Assembly: GCA_963666365.2 (NCBI GenBank)
Contig: CAXXNF010000001.1
Span: 1,120,001 to 1,184,000 of the forward strand
Direction of reading: 5' to 3'
DNA length: 64,000 nucleotides
Source of the DNA: Syntrophales bacterium
GTDB taxonomy: Bacteria; Desulfobacterota; Syntrophia; Syntrophales; UBA2210
The translations under genes and the position numbers were made by a program. Shown in pieces: positions 1 to 10,677 of this stretch. Numbering within the stretch: position 1 is the stretch's first letter; the number at the start of each line of letters is the position of its first letter. Below the pieces are notes generated by a model. The model worked only from the letters and a program-made list of their open reading frames with translations, was not told the DNA's origin and searched no databases.

Positions 1-245
1 TTCAGCATCTTCATCACATACGATGGAGAATGTTTCGGCGGAACCGACAAATACAGATGCACATGATCCGAGCATATCGCACCTTCTATAATCTTGATGT
101 CCAGCCATTCGCATAACTTCGTGAGAATTTCCTTTAGTCGAGGCTTGATATCCTTGACCAATATATGGTACCGATATTTCGGAACCCAAACAATGTGATA
201 CTCACAACGATATTTCGCATGGGACGATCTGTTGTAACCTTCCAT
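1..245 (-). CDS. tnpA: IS200/IS605-family HUH (Y1) transposase, runs off the window edge
   Basis: Manual minus-strand translation from ATG at 245 gives MEGYNRSSHAKYRCEYHIVWVPKYRYHIL...EGAICSDHVHLYLSVPPKHSPSYVMKML. This has the YHIVWxPKYR and DHVH (HUH) motifs. A GGAGGAAG RBS lies at 251-258. Not in the ORF track. Confidence 0.95.
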   Translation of the reverse strand, partial: MEGYNRSSHAKYRCEYHIVWVPKYRYHILVKDIKPRLKEILTKLCEWLDIKIIEGAICSDHVHLYLSVPPKHSPSYVMKML

Positions 246-365
246 ATCAACTTCCTCCGCTCCACAGGTTACAACGAAAACCCTTTGCTCATCAACAATG
301 TTGATTCGCTAAAGGTGTGGGGCCTCCGCCCCCACACCCCACCACTGACTACGTCAGTGGATTAG
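1..365 (-). mobile_element. IS200/IS605-family insertion sequence (end upstream of tnpA); boundary approximate
   Basis: tnpA plus two subterminal hairpins: GGTGTGGGG/CCCCACACC (314-338) and a perfect CCACTGAC-TAC-GTCAGTGG (342-360). Host-gene codons resume at about 362-370. Confidence 0.85.
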
Positions 366-1417
366 GCCGATATTCAAGAGCGATGTCTATGAATGCGGAA
401 ATGATAAATGATAAGGGCGGCTTCAAGGTGGGAGGCGAAATCTATAAATGGAAGACCTTTACTTTTATCTATGACCACAAATATGTTCCCGCTGAAGCCG
501 TCAAGGCCGCGAACAAGGCGATCTTTTCGGACAAGGTACAATTAGTGTCCATCATGGGGGGCAGCCCCACCTTCGCCTGGATTCCGACATTGAAACAGAA
601 CAATATATTGTCGCTGAATGATACCGCAGGCGGCAAATCCGTCACGAATCCCGACAATCCCCTGGTGTTCAGACACAATCCCGGCATTGAAGCCTCCTAT
701 GCGGTAGGGCTGAAATATATGAAAGAACAGCAGGGCGTCAAGACGATTGCCTCTCTGAACCCTGACGATGCAACCGGACACAGCAACGATGAAGCCTCTC
801 GGTATATGGTCGGCAAGGTCGGAGGCCTTGAAATTATTGCAAGTGAATTTTTCGAGCGTGGCACAAAGGATTTCACTTCCCTGCTCACGCGGATTATCGC
901 CAAAAAACCGGACATGATCGAGACCGGCATGACGGACCCCACCAGCCAGGCACTCGTTCTCAAACAGGCCAGGGAACTCGGCTATAAGGGAACAATGTAT
1001 CTCATATGGGAACCGAATCCACAACAGGTCGTTAAAATAGCTGGCCCCCTTGCCGAGGACGCCTTTCTCGGCATTGCGGAAGCCGAGCCCAAGACTGACA
1101 TCGCAAGAGAACTCTATCAGAAGTTCCTGACAAAATACCCGCCGCAAGAGTGGGATGCGAATTATTACACCCACAGCGAACTTTTCACCCTCCTGACAAT
1201 GGCAATAGAGAAAGCCCAGAGCTTTGATCCTTTAGTCCTCGCCAACGTCATCGAAGGGCTGAAATGGAAAGGCGCCTTGGGTAACCGCAGCTGGGGTGGC
1301 ACGGAAATCTTCGGAATCAAGAGGCAGATACTAATGCCTGTCACACTGCAGACGGTAAAAAACGGCAAGGCTGTTCTAGTGACAAAGCAGTATGTTCCTC
1401 CCGGAGTCCTGGATTAA
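362..1417 (+). pseudogene. ABC transporter substrate-binding protein (Leu/Ile/Val-type), 5' part cut off by the IS
   Basis: EMINDKGGFKVGG...YDHKY...DFTSLLTRIIAKKPD...LKQARELGYKG are typical LivJ/K-family motifs. There is no signal peptide, and the N-terminus of the 317 ORF is translated IS hairpin sequence. Confidence 0.8.
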
Positions 1418-1504
1418 GTGAAGTGAAACAGGTCTCTTTTCCTCTCCCCGCACATAACGGCACAAAGGGGAGGGGAAAAATATGCAGTTCCAAAGGAGCA
1501 CACA

Positions 1505-3220
1505 ATGGATCTGGAAGAATTGAAGAAGGAGTTTGAGCAGGACGGACCCAGTGTAGTCTACCGGCTCTATGAGCATGCAAAGTCAAAGGCGGAAAAGAAG
1601 TTTCTCTATTACGGCGAAGAAAATCAATACCTTACCTATGCGGACTTTAATCAATTGACCAACAGAATCGCCCATGCTCTGCAATCGATGGGTGTGGGGA
1701 AAGGCGACAGGGTTTCCCTCTATCTTTTCAATCCCCTTGTCACCGTGTCGGTCATGTTCGGTATCTGGAAGATCGGGGCCGTGTTCAGCCCCATCAACTT
1801 CAATTACAAGGGGAGGCTCCTGTCATATCAAATCAACGATACGGCACCGAAACTCCTGATCACCGAACAATCCATGCTGCCCCTTTTCAATGAGGTCGCT
1901 GCCGACCTTCACCCAATGACGGTGATTTTGCGAAAACCCACACACAACGAGCATGATTACAGCGCCGAAACCGCCTGGATGACGCTGGACAATAAATTTG
2001 AACAGGTGGCTTACGAAGAGCTGCTGAAGGGCGATACAGCGGATCTGTGCACCGAAATCAATTACTGGGATATGGCAAACATTATTTATACCTCGGGGAC
2101 AACGGGACCGGCCAAGGGGGTCATGCAGTCACACCGCTGGATGGCCCAGTATACCCTCAACTCACGGCGGTTTATCCATGAAGATGATGTCTTCTATAAT
2201 GATCTGCCCATGTATCATGTGGGAGGGGCCATCAGCAATTTTGTCCGTGTAGTCTGGGCAGGAAGCAACATCGCCATGTGGGACAAGTTCAGTCCCAAAG
2301 ACTTTTGGGAACGAATCAAGGTGAGCGGGGCAAGCATGACGACCCTTCTGGACGTAATGGTGCCCTGGTTGATGAATGCGCAAGAATCCCCCAGAGACCA
2401 CTTAAATTCTCTAAAAATGGTGCACATGCAGCCTCTTCCCCAGTATCATAACAAGGTGGCGAAGAGATTCTGCATTGATTATATCACCGGCGGCTATGGC
2501 CAGACGGAAGCGGGCAACGGGTTCGTCGGCCTTTTCGATGAACTCGAGCCGGGGGAAGGAACGCCTCCGGAACTGTATAAAGGACATTCCAGAGCATATA
2601 TTCTCGATCTATTCCGGCAATGGGGTTACCCGATTTTCTCAGGGAATGACGAAGTGAAAAAGGGCCTGATGGGACGCTCGGTTATTATTGAACCGGCAGT
2701 GTTGAACGAGCACGACGAAGAACTGGGGCCGGGTCAATACGGTCAGCTGGCGTTTAGAAGCAGACTGCCCTTCTCGATGCTGGACGGCTATTTCAACAAG
2801 CCGGAGGCTACCGTCAAGGTATTTCGAAATCTATGGTTTCACACGGGCGACGCCTGTTACAAGGACGAGAACGACATTTACTATTTTGTAGACAGGATGG
2901 GCGGATTCATACGGACTCGGGGGGAAAACATCTCTTCCTATCAAATCGAAGACATTATCAACAGCCATCCCACCGTACAGGTATGCGCGGCCTTTCCGAT
3001 TCCTGCGGCCGACGGCGAAGAAGACGATGTCGTCGCCTATGTTACGCGGGAAGAGGGTTCGGCGCTTACAGAGATTGAATTGCGGGAATGGCTCGCAAAG
3101 GAAATGCCTAAATTCATGTGGCCGAAGCATATAAGGTTTATCGATGCCTTACCCAGAACACCGACAAACAAGGTGGAAAAATACAAGCTGAAGGAGATGA
3201 TCCTGAACGAGCTGAAATGA
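1505..3220 (+). CDS. Acyl-CoA synthetase (AMP-forming), CaiC-like
   Basis: YTSGTTGPAKG, YGQTE, WFHTGD, RGENIS and LPRTPTNKVEK adenylation motifs; AAGGAG RBS. Confidence 0.93.
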   Translation: MDLEELKKEFEQDGPSVVYRLYEHAKSKAEKKFLYYGEENQYLTYADFNQLTNRIAHALQSMGVGKGDRVSLYLFNPLVTVSVMFGIWKIGAVFSPINFNYKGRLLSYQINDTAPKLLITEQSMLPLFNEVAADLHPMTVILRKPTHNEHDYSAETAWMTLDNKFEQVAYEELLKGDTADLCTEINYWDMANIIYTSGTTGPAKGVMQSHRWMAQYTLNSRRFIHEDDVFYNDLPMYHVGGAISNFVRVVWAGSNIAMWDKFSPKDFWERIKVSGASMTTLLDVMVPWLMNAQESPRDHLNSLKMVHMQPLPQYHNKVAKRFCIDYITGGYGQTEAGNGFVGLFDELEPGEGTPPELYKGHSRAYILDLFRQWGYPIFSGNDEVKKGLMGRSVIIEPAVLNEHDEELGPGQYGQLAFRSRLPFSMLDGYFNKPEATVKVFRNLWFHTGDACYKDENDIYYFVDRMGGFIRTRGENISSYQIEDIINSHPTVQVCAAFPIPAADGEEDDVVAYVTREEGSALTEIELREWLAKEMPKFMWPKHIRFIDALPRTPTNKVEKYKLKEMILNELK

Positions 3221-3241
3221 TAACAGATAGAGGTACTTACA

Positions 3242-4792
3242 ATGGATTGGCAAGAAAAGATCGATGAGTTGACACGACGGCGTGACACAGCCCTGGAAAT
3301 GGGGGGTCCCGAAAAGATAAGGCGCCAGCATGACCAGGAAAAGCTCACTGCCCGGGAGCGATTGGACCTGCTCTTTGACAAAGGGACGTTTACTGAATAC
3401 GGCTTGCTCGCCATGTCTGCCAGCGAACGCCTTAAAAGGGAAAATAAAAAGACGCCCGCCGATGCGGTGCTTGTCGGCTATGGCAAGATCAACGGCAGGA
3501 TGGCCTGCGGCATTGCCGAGGATTTCACCGTTCTGGGCGGTTCCGTAGGCAGAACCCACTGGCTCAAAAACTGGCGTACCGTACAGCTCGCAAAAAGCAC
3601 AAAGGTGCCTATCGTGTGGATGATGGATGGCGCCGGCGCACGATCGGAGGAAACGATCAACATGGGGCTTCCCCACGTGAGTCATTTTCTCGAAATCGCA
3701 AGGCTTTCCGGCATCGTTCCCCAGGTGGCCATCGCCATGGGTCCCTGTTCGGGCGATTCGTCGCTGCAGGTAAGCCTGATAGAGTTCATCATTATGGTGA
3801 AGGGACACGGGGAACTGTTCGCCGGCGGTCCCCCGGTGGTGTATTCGGCAATCGGCGAGGTCGTGTCCAAGGAAGATCTCGGGGGGTCGAAGATCCATTG
3901 CCGGGTATCCGGGCTGGGCGACAACGAAGCGGCTTCGGACGAAGCGGCTATTGCCATGGCCAAGGAATATCTGTCCTACATGCCGCTCAACGCCTATGAG
4001 TACCCGCCCCATGTGGACACGGGCGATCCCGCGGATCGCATGGAGGAGGAACTCCTGGATATAGTACCGGTAGGGAAAAACAAACCCTACGATATGAAGC
4101 GCATCATCCGCTGTATCGTGGATAAGGGCGCCGTTTTCGAAATCAAGCCCCTTTTCGCGCCCAGCCTGATCACGACACTGGCGCGCATGGGCGGACATAC
4201 GGTAGGCATCATCGCCAACCAGCCAAAGATACTGTCGGGGGCAATCGACGCAAAAGCGGCGGCCAAATACCGTCATTTCGCCGATCTCTGCGGCGCCTAT
4301 CACATTCCGATCATTTTCCTTACCGACGTTCCCGGCGTCATGACGGGCAGCCAGGCGGAACGGCAGGGAACGTTGCGGGCGGGGCTTGCCTGCGCCTATT
4401 CCCTCGCCTTCGCCGATGTGCCGATCATTACGGTGGTCATTAAACGGGCCTTCGGCTATGGAGGCTCTGCCATGGGCGGCTATGAGGCCGGCCAGACCGC
4501 TGTCTTTGCCTGGCCGACGGCTGACTTCGGCGCCATTCCGGCGGGCGGAGGAATCCTGGCGGCCTACAAGAAGGAAATCGAAGCCGCACCGGATCCTGAA
4601 GTCAAGATCAAGGAATTGATGGAGCAGTTCGCCTCGATCGGCGGGCCCTATGGGGCGGCGGCCGACTTCAACGTGGACGATGTAATCGATCCGCGCGAAA
4701 CGAGGCCTCGCATTATCCGGGCTCTGGAGCTGGCCATGCACCGCCGGAGTGTTCCCGCGCAACCTACCTCGCGACACGGAATTATGCCCTAG
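3242..4792 (+). CDS. Acyl-CoA carboxylase/decarboxylase carboxyltransferase (beta) subunit, copy 1
   Basis: MGG...KLTARERLDLLFD, DFTVLGGS, EDLGG, DVPG and DDVIDPRETR motifs. Confidence 0.92.
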   Translation: MDWQEKIDELTRRRDTALEMGGPEKIRRQHDQEKLTARERLDLLFDKGTFTEYGLLAMSASERLKRENKKTPADAVLVGYGKINGRMACGIAEDFTVLGGSVGRTHWLKNWRTVQLAKSTKVPIVWMMDGAGARSEETINMGLPHVSHFLEIARLSGIVPQVAIAMGPCSGDSSLQVSLIEFIIMVKGHGELFAGGPPVVYSAIGEVVSKEDLGGSKIHCRVSGLGDNEAASDEAAIAMAKEYLSYMPLNAYEYPPHVDTGDPADRMEEELLDIVPVGKNKPYDMKRIIRCIVDKGAVFEIKPLFAPSLITTLARMGGHTVGIIANQPKILSGAIDAKAAAKYRHFADLCGAYHIPIIFLTDVPGVMTGSQAERQGTLRAGLACAYSLAFADVPIITVVIKRAFGYGGSAMGGYEAGQTAVFAWPTADFGAIPAGGGILAAYKKEIEAAPDPEVKIKELMEQFASIGGPYGAAADFNVDDVIDPRETRPRIIRALELAMHRRSVPAQPTSRHGIMP

Positions 4793-4833
4793 CAAAATAT
4801 ACGCAGTTATTGAAGGAGGAAATTTTTTCAGCG

Positions 4834-6390
4834 ATGCCTTTTGAACAACAGATGGAAGAACTAAAACGGCGTAAAGAAAAGGCCCTGAAGATGGGCGGAG
4901 AAGAAAAGATCGCAAAACAGCACGCCAAGGGGAAATACACCGCACGGGAACGGATCGACAAGCTTCTCGATGCCGGTTCTTTTTCCGAAGTCGGAATGCT
5001 GAACCACTCCGACATAACGGGAATGGAAGACAAAAGCCCCGCCGACAGCAAGGTGGGCGGATACGGCACGATTAACGGCAGGCCTGTAGGAATAATTTCT
5101 GCAGATTTTACCGTCCTTGGCGCAACTTCCAGCCGCATTGCGGCACGGAAGGAAAAGGACATACGGGCAACGACCATACGGCATGGCATGCCCCTTCTTT
5201 ATCTGGGAGAAGCAGGGGGCGCCCGCATGCCCGATATTATGGGAGCAGCCGGGCTCGCGTCCTTTGGAGGCGGGGGCAGAGACACCTTTATAGAAAGCAT
5301 GAGCCGTGTGCGGGAAACGCCTATGGTCGCAGCCGTACTGGGAAAGTGCTACGGTGCGCCGACCTGGAAGGCCTGCCTCGCTGATTTTGTCGTGATGGTC
5401 AAGGGAACGGCCATGGGGGTCTCGGGTCCGCGGATTGTATCGATTGCACTGGGAGAAAATATATCCGATGAGGAGCTGGGGGGCTGGGAACTGCACGCAC
5501 GGGTCACCGGCATGGCAGATCGGGTGGCGGAAGATGAAGACGAATGCGTCAATATTATTAAAGAGTTTCTAAACTATATGCCTTCCCATAACGGAGAACT
5601 ACCCCCGCGGGCACCCGTACCGGAAGGCTCCGGCGATAAGATGCCCCATATTCTCGATCTGTTGCCGGAAACGCGAAACCGTACCTACGATATGAACCAA
5701 ATCCTGAAATGCATTGTCGACAAGGACAGTCTTTTCTCTATCAAACCGCTTTTCGGACAAACGGTCATTACATCGCTCGCACGCATCGACGGCAAGGTGG
5801 TCGGTATCGTGGCGAATCAACCCCGTTTCAACGCCGGCGCCATGGACACCGACGGCATCGAAAAGGTCATAAGCTTTCTCTGTCTTTGCGATTCCTTCAA
5901 CATTCCATTAATTTTCATGGAAGACATACCCGGATTTCTGGTGGGACGCGAGGCGGAGCGGAAACGAGTAGGCGCCCACGTAATGAATTTCATGAACGCC
6001 ATGGGACTCCTGACCGTACCTAAAATTACCGTAATAGTGAGAAAGGCCTACGGCATGGCCTATCACAATATGTGCGGCGGCGGAAGCGGCGCCGATTCGA
6101 TCGTCGCCTGGCCTACGGCGGAAATCAGTTTCGTCGATCCCGTCATTGCGGCTAATGTAGTCTTCGGCGCCACACCGGCACACACACCGGAGGAACAGGC
6201 GGAACGGGTGGCAAAAATGGCGGAAGGAACCGATCCTTACGGGGCCGCCGGTCTTCATTTTTTCCACGACGTAATCGATCCGCGGGAAACCCGGAATCAC
6301 ATAATCCGCCTACTTCACCAGACACAGGATTTCTCGAAAACAGGGGGAATCGGCGCACATAAACTGGCCAACTGGCCTACGAAGTTTTAA
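4834..6390 (+). CDS. Acyl-CoA carboxyltransferase subunit, copy 2
   Basis: Same family motifs. Start placed at ATG 4834 (MPFEQQ), matching the paralog and following AAGGAGGA. Confidence 0.92.
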   Translation: MPFEQQMEELKRRKEKALKMGGEEKIAKQHAKGKYTARERIDKLLDAGSFSEVGMLNHSDITGMEDKSPADSKVGGYGTINGRPVGIISADFTVLGATSSRIAARKEKDIRATTIRHGMPLLYLGEAGGARMPDIMGAAGLASFGGGGRDTFIESMSRVRETPMVAAVLGKCYGAPTWKACLADFVVMVKGTAMGVSGPRIVSIALGENISDEELGGWELHARVTGMADRVAEDEDECVNIIKEFLNYMPSHNGELPPRAPVPEGSGDKMPHILDLLPETRNRTYDMNQILKCIVDKDSLFSIKPLFGQTVITSLARIDGKVVGIVANQPRFNAGAMDTDGIEKVISFLCLCDSFNIPLIFMEDIPGFLVGREAERKRVGAHVMNFMNAMGLLTVPKITVIVRKAYGMAYHNMCGGGSGADSIVAWPTAEISFVDPVIAANVVFGATPAHTPEEQAERVAKMAEGTDPYGAAGLHFFHDVIDPRETRNHIIRLLHQTQDFSKTGGIGAHKLANWPTKF

Positions 6391-6437
6391 ATTGCAAACT
6401 TTTTGAACATCGAGTGTAGATAAAGGAGATATCGACG

Positions 6438-7995
6438 ATGCCCTTTGAACAACAGATGGAAGAACTGAAGCGCCGCAAGGAGAAAGCGCTGCTGATGGGA
6501 GGAGAAAAAAAGATCGCCAAGCAGCACGCCGAGGGGAAATATACCGCCCGGGAACGGATCGACAAGCTTCTCGACGCCGGTTCTTTTTCCGAAGTCGGAA
6601 TGCTGAACCACTCCGATATGCCGGGGATGCAAGACAGAAGCCCCGCCGACAGCAAGGTAAGCGGCTATGGTATGATTGACGGACGGCCCGTGGGATTAAT
6701 TGCTGCAGACTTTACCGTCCTGGGCGCGACTTCAAGCCGCATTGCAGCACGAAAAGAAGGCGATGTCAGGACCACAGCCACGCGGCACGGCTTCCCCATA
6801 ATCTATCTCGGCGAGGCCGGCGGCGCCCGCATGCCCGACATTATGGGATCGAGCGGTCTGGCATCGTACGGCGGCGGCGGCAGAAGCACCTATCTTGAAC
6901 ATATGAGCAGGGTACGGAAAACACCTATGGTTATGGCCGCGCTTGGCAGATGTTACGGAGAGCCGACCTGGATGGCCTGCCTTGCCGATCTTGTGGTCAT
7001 GGTCAAAGGGGCGGCCATAGGCGTATCGGGTCCCCGAATCGTGTCCCTTGCCCTGGGTGAACAAATCACCGACGAGGAGCTGGGGGGATGGGAGCTGCAT
7101 GCCCGGGTTACCGGCATGGCCGACCGCGTGGCGGAAAACGAAGACGAATGCATGGAAATCATTCGCACATATCTGAGCTACATGCCCTCGCACAACGGAG
7201 CACCCCCCCCCGCGGGCGCCCGTGCCGGAAGGTTCCGGCGCCGACATGCCCCACATTTTCGATCTGCTGCCGGAAAAACGAAACCGCACCTACGACATGA
7301 ACCAGATCCTGAAATGCATTGTCGACAAGGACAGCCTCTTTCCCATCAAACCGCTCTTCGGCCAAACGGTCATTACATCGCTCGCCCGCATCGACGGCAA
7401 GGTGGTCGGTATCGTGGCGAATCAGCCCCGCTTTAACTCCGGCGCCATGGATACGGACGGCATCGAAAAAGTCATGAGCTTCCTCTGTCTTTGCGATTCC
7501 TTCAATATTCCTCTTGTTTTCATGGAAGACATTCCTGGATTTCTGGTGGGACGCGAGGCGGAGAGGAAGCGGGTAGGCGCCCACGTAATGAATTTCATGA
7601 ACGCTCTGGCCCTTGTTACGGTCCCCAAAATCACAGTGATCGTGAGAAAGGCGTACGGTCAGGCCTACTGGAATATGTGCGGTTCCGGCGCAGGCGCCGA
7701 TTCCATAGTCGCCTGGCCCTCAGCCGAAATCAGTTTTGTCGACCCCGTCATAGGGGCAAACGTGGTCTTCGGCGCCACGCCCGCAAAGACGCCGGAGGAA
7801 CAGGCGGAACGGGTGGCAAAAATGGCAGAGGGGACCGACCCTTACGGGGCCGCCGGTCTTCATTTCATTCATGATGTGATCGATCCGCAGGAAACGCGCA
7901 GCCACATCATTAAGATGCTCCAGCAAACACAGGATCTTTCAAAAACGAAAGGAATAAGCGAGCACAGACTGGCCTGCTGGCCTACCAAGTTTTAG
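6438..7995 (+). pseudogene. Acyl-CoA carboxyltransferase subunit, copy 3, with a +1 frameshift in a C9 tract (or a sequencing error)
   Basis: ORFs 6438..7436 and 7222..7995 together are colinear with copy 2. C9 at 7203-7211 sits where 8 C would restore HNGAPPPRAPVPEGSG. Confidence 0.85.
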
Positions 7996-8164
7996 ACAGA
8001 AGCCATTTCCACAGGTATATGACTGTTTCCTGTGACTTCACAAAGCAAAGGGATGCATTCTTCATTGTCCGGCACATGCGTCCGGTGTATCGAAAGCGAT
8101 TTGCGTCAGACGGCAGGATTTGATACAAGGCTGGAATTATAAAAGCAAGGAAGGAACCTCACGA

Positions 8165-9037
8165 ATGAAATGGAAAACAAAAATCACTGAATTGCTGGGA
8201 TGCCGATATCCGATTTTGCAGGGTGCCACCGAAATGATCGGCACATGGTCCTTTGCCGCCGCCGTGGCGGAGGCGGGCGCCCATGGGACGATTACCGCAT
8301 CGATATGCAGAACGCCGGATACCCTCCTCGACGATATTCGGCAATGCAAGGATGCCACAAAGGGGTCATTCGGCGTAAACCTGAGCATCGGTCTCTGTCC
8401 CCGGATAGAGGAGATGCTGGAGGTGTGCATCGCAGAAGGCGTTCCCATAGAAACTTCGGTATATAAGCCGGATGCCCTGGCGCCGCGCATCAAGGAATCG
8501 GGATTGCCCTGGATTCATAAGTCAGCCCGGGTAAAAGACGCGATCCACGCCCAGGAAGTGGGGGCAGATGCCATAATCCTGGTGGGGGTGGAAGGTGCGG
8601 GCATCAAAAATCCCGCACAGTTGCCCACCATGACCACCATCCTCTGGGGCGTGCGGGCGCTTTCCGTGCCGGTAATCGCCGCGGGCGGCATCGGTGACGC
8701 TCACAGTTTTCTTGGCGCACTGGCACTCGGGGCCGAAGGGGTGACCATGGGAAGTGCCCTCATGACCACGAAGGAATGCCCTATCGCTCCGGAATATAAA
8801 GAAAAAATGCTGCAACTCAGATTGGATGAGGCAGAGTTCCGTACCCGTGTGCTGACGCCGGCGCCTTTCAACCGCGACGCCGCGGCACGTCCTGAACCAA
8901 AGGATATCGACTGGAGTCATGCCGCTTCCTTCGCGGTGACGGGAATTAATCGGATACTCAGCGTAAAGGATTTTATCAATACTGTGATATCGGACGCGGA
9001 ACATATAGTGCGTGAATGGCAGTTTTTAAAGGACTGA
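8165..9037 (+). CDS. Nitronate monooxygenase / FabK-like FMN-dependent enzyme
   Basis: TKITELLGCRYPILQG, GVEGAG and PVIAAGGIGD...LALGAEGVTMGS motifs. Start set at MKWKTK. Confidence 0.88.
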   Translation: MKWKTKITELLGCRYPILQGATEMIGTWSFAAAVAEAGAHGTITASICRTPDTLLDDIRQCKDATKGSFGVNLSIGLCPRIEEMLEVCIAEGVPIETSVYKPDALAPRIKESGLPWIHKSARVKDAIHAQEVGADAIILVGVEGAGIKNPAQLPTMTTILWGVRALSVPVIAAGGIGDAHSFLGALALGAEGVTMGSALMTTKECPIAPEYKEKMLQLRLDEAEFRTRVLTPAPFNRDAAARPEPKDIDWSHAASFAVTGINRILSVKDFINTVISDAEHIVREWQFLKD

Positions 9038-9123
9038 TCGTTTGAATCACCGCACAGGGCAAGAGAAACGTAAGGAACGCCCGCATGTGGTGAGAGTTAT
9101 TTTTAACAAAAAGGAGCATATGC

Positions 9124-10653
9124 ATGGAAACGTATCCCTGGTGGACCGATGCACAGGTCGCACTGGCAGAAGAGGCGAAGAGGTTTGTTGATGAAGTGCT
9201 CATGCCGATAGGCACGCGCAGCACCCTGAATAACACATTCAGCCGCGAGGCCATGAAACTGATGGCGGGCGAGGGCTGGTTCGGGGCCCTGGTTCCCAAA
9301 CAATACGGCGGTCACTTCGAAGAATGGGGCGTCACTGGCGCGGCGATTCTTAATGAAGAAGCCGCCCGTGCGGCAGTGGTCGGTCCGCTGGGCACCACCA
9401 TGTTCGGAAGCGCCACACAGCTCCTTCATAACGGGAATGATGCGCAGAAGGAGAAATGGCTGCCGCCGATGGCCCGGGGCGAGCTGCTCGGATGCATTGT
9501 CATGACCGAACCCTATGCCGGTTCCGACATCGCCTCCATCGAATCGACGGCCGTGCGGGAGGGCGACAGCTACATTATCAATGGAAAAAAACGTTTTCAA
9601 ACCACCGCCGCTGCCGCGGACTGTTATCTCTGTTATTTCCGGACAAGCGACAGGCCGGAGGACAGGGCGGCCTACCGTCATCTCAGCGCTTTTGTGGTCG
9701 AGAAGGGCGCCCCCGGATTCCACGTGGAAAAGATCAACGATATGATCGGGATGCAGGGCAATTATAACGGCAACCTGGCCTTCGATGACGCACGGATTCC
9801 CGCCTTCAATCGTCTGGGTGAAGAGGGCGACGGATGGAAGATCATGATGGGCGGCCTCAATGTCGAACGCATTCTCAACGCCGCGCCCATTATCGGCTTG
9901 ATGCGTGAGTGCCTACGGTACACACACCACCACCTCGAGCGACGTCTTCAATTCGGTCGCCCCACCGGAGATATTGCGACCAACCAGTTCAAACTGTCGG
10001 ACATGATTTCAAACCTATCACTGAGCAGGCTGGTCATGTATTATGCATCCTACTGCGCCGATCTCGGACGGGAAGTCCCTATCGAAGCGGCGGTTTCCAA
10101 ACTCTTCGCCGCCGATTCACTCATGGAAATGGCCGTTGAGGCCATTCAGTGCATGGGAGGAAACGGCACGCTGAAGATCTATCCCATTCAACGGATCATG
10201 CAGGATGCCAAGCTGACGCAGATAGCAGCGGGCACCTCGGAAGTGCTCAAGCTCCTCATCTACCGCCAGGGGACAAGGAAAATGAAGGAGGATCTGAAAG
10301 TTCCCCAGCGCATCGTCGATCCGGAGCTGCGCGTACCCCTGCCTGTTGGGAAGGCCACGGCCAAGATACCCGCTGCGGGCGAGACGGACGTGCTGAACAT
10401 CCTGGCAGAAAATTACCTGGTCAATCCCGGCCTGCATATGACTATGGGCGACATCAGAGAGTGGCTTGAGATCACTCACGCCGACCTGATCGCCTGCCTG
10501 GAAAGCCTGGAGACGAAGGGCCAAGCCGGACTCTACCGAACGAAGCGCGGCATCGAACTGGCGAGGATCACCCTTTCGGGCCTTCAGGCAGCGCACTCGC
10601 CCGACTATTATCACTATATGCCGGAATGGGTAAACCAGGATGACCTGTTTTAG
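9124..10653 (+). CDS. Acyl-CoA dehydrogenase with a C-terminal extension of about 120 aa (winged-helix-like)
   Basis: MTEPYAGSD, YIINGKKRF, RLQFGRP, AIQCMGGNG and QIAAGTSEV motifs, followed by an extra domain. Confidence 0.92.
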   Translation: METYPWWTDAQVALAEEAKRFVDEVLMPIGTRSTLNNTFSREAMKLMAGEGWFGALVPKQYGGHFEEWGVTGAAILNEEAARAAVVGPLGTTMFGSATQLLHNGNDAQKEKWLPPMARGELLGCIVMTEPYAGSDIASIESTAVREGDSYIINGKKRFQTTAAAADCYLCYFRTSDRPEDRAAYRHLSAFVVEKGAPGFHVEKINDMIGMQGNYNGNLAFDDARIPAFNRLGEEGDGWKIMMGGLNVERILNAAPIIGLMRECLRYTHHHLERRLQFGRPTGDIATNQFKLSDMISNLSLSRLVMYYASYCADLGREVPIEAAVSKLFAADSLMEMAVEAIQCMGGNGTLKIYPIQRIMQDAKLTQIAAGTSEVLKLLIYRQGTRKMKEDLKVPQRIVDPELRVPLPVGKATAKIPAAGETDVLNILAENYLVNPGLHMTMGDIREWLEITHADLIACLESLETKGQAGLYRTKRGIELARITLSGLQAAHSPDYYHYMPEWVNQDDLF

Positions 10654-10677
10654 TGGAGTATTTATTATGGCCCTGTA

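Noticed and set aside
165..365. 66-aa plus-strand ORF and the Pro-rich N-terminus of ORF 317
   Set aside because: They overlap tnpA antisense and the IS hairpins, so they are not credible coding sequence.
3149..4945. 598-aa minus-strand ORF
   Set aside because: Antisense shadow of the carboxyltransferase gene, with no motifs.
4834..7995. Assembly artefact duplicating the carboxyltransferase
   Set aside because: The copies differ by many synonymous and amino-acid substitutions throughout, consistent with true paralogs.
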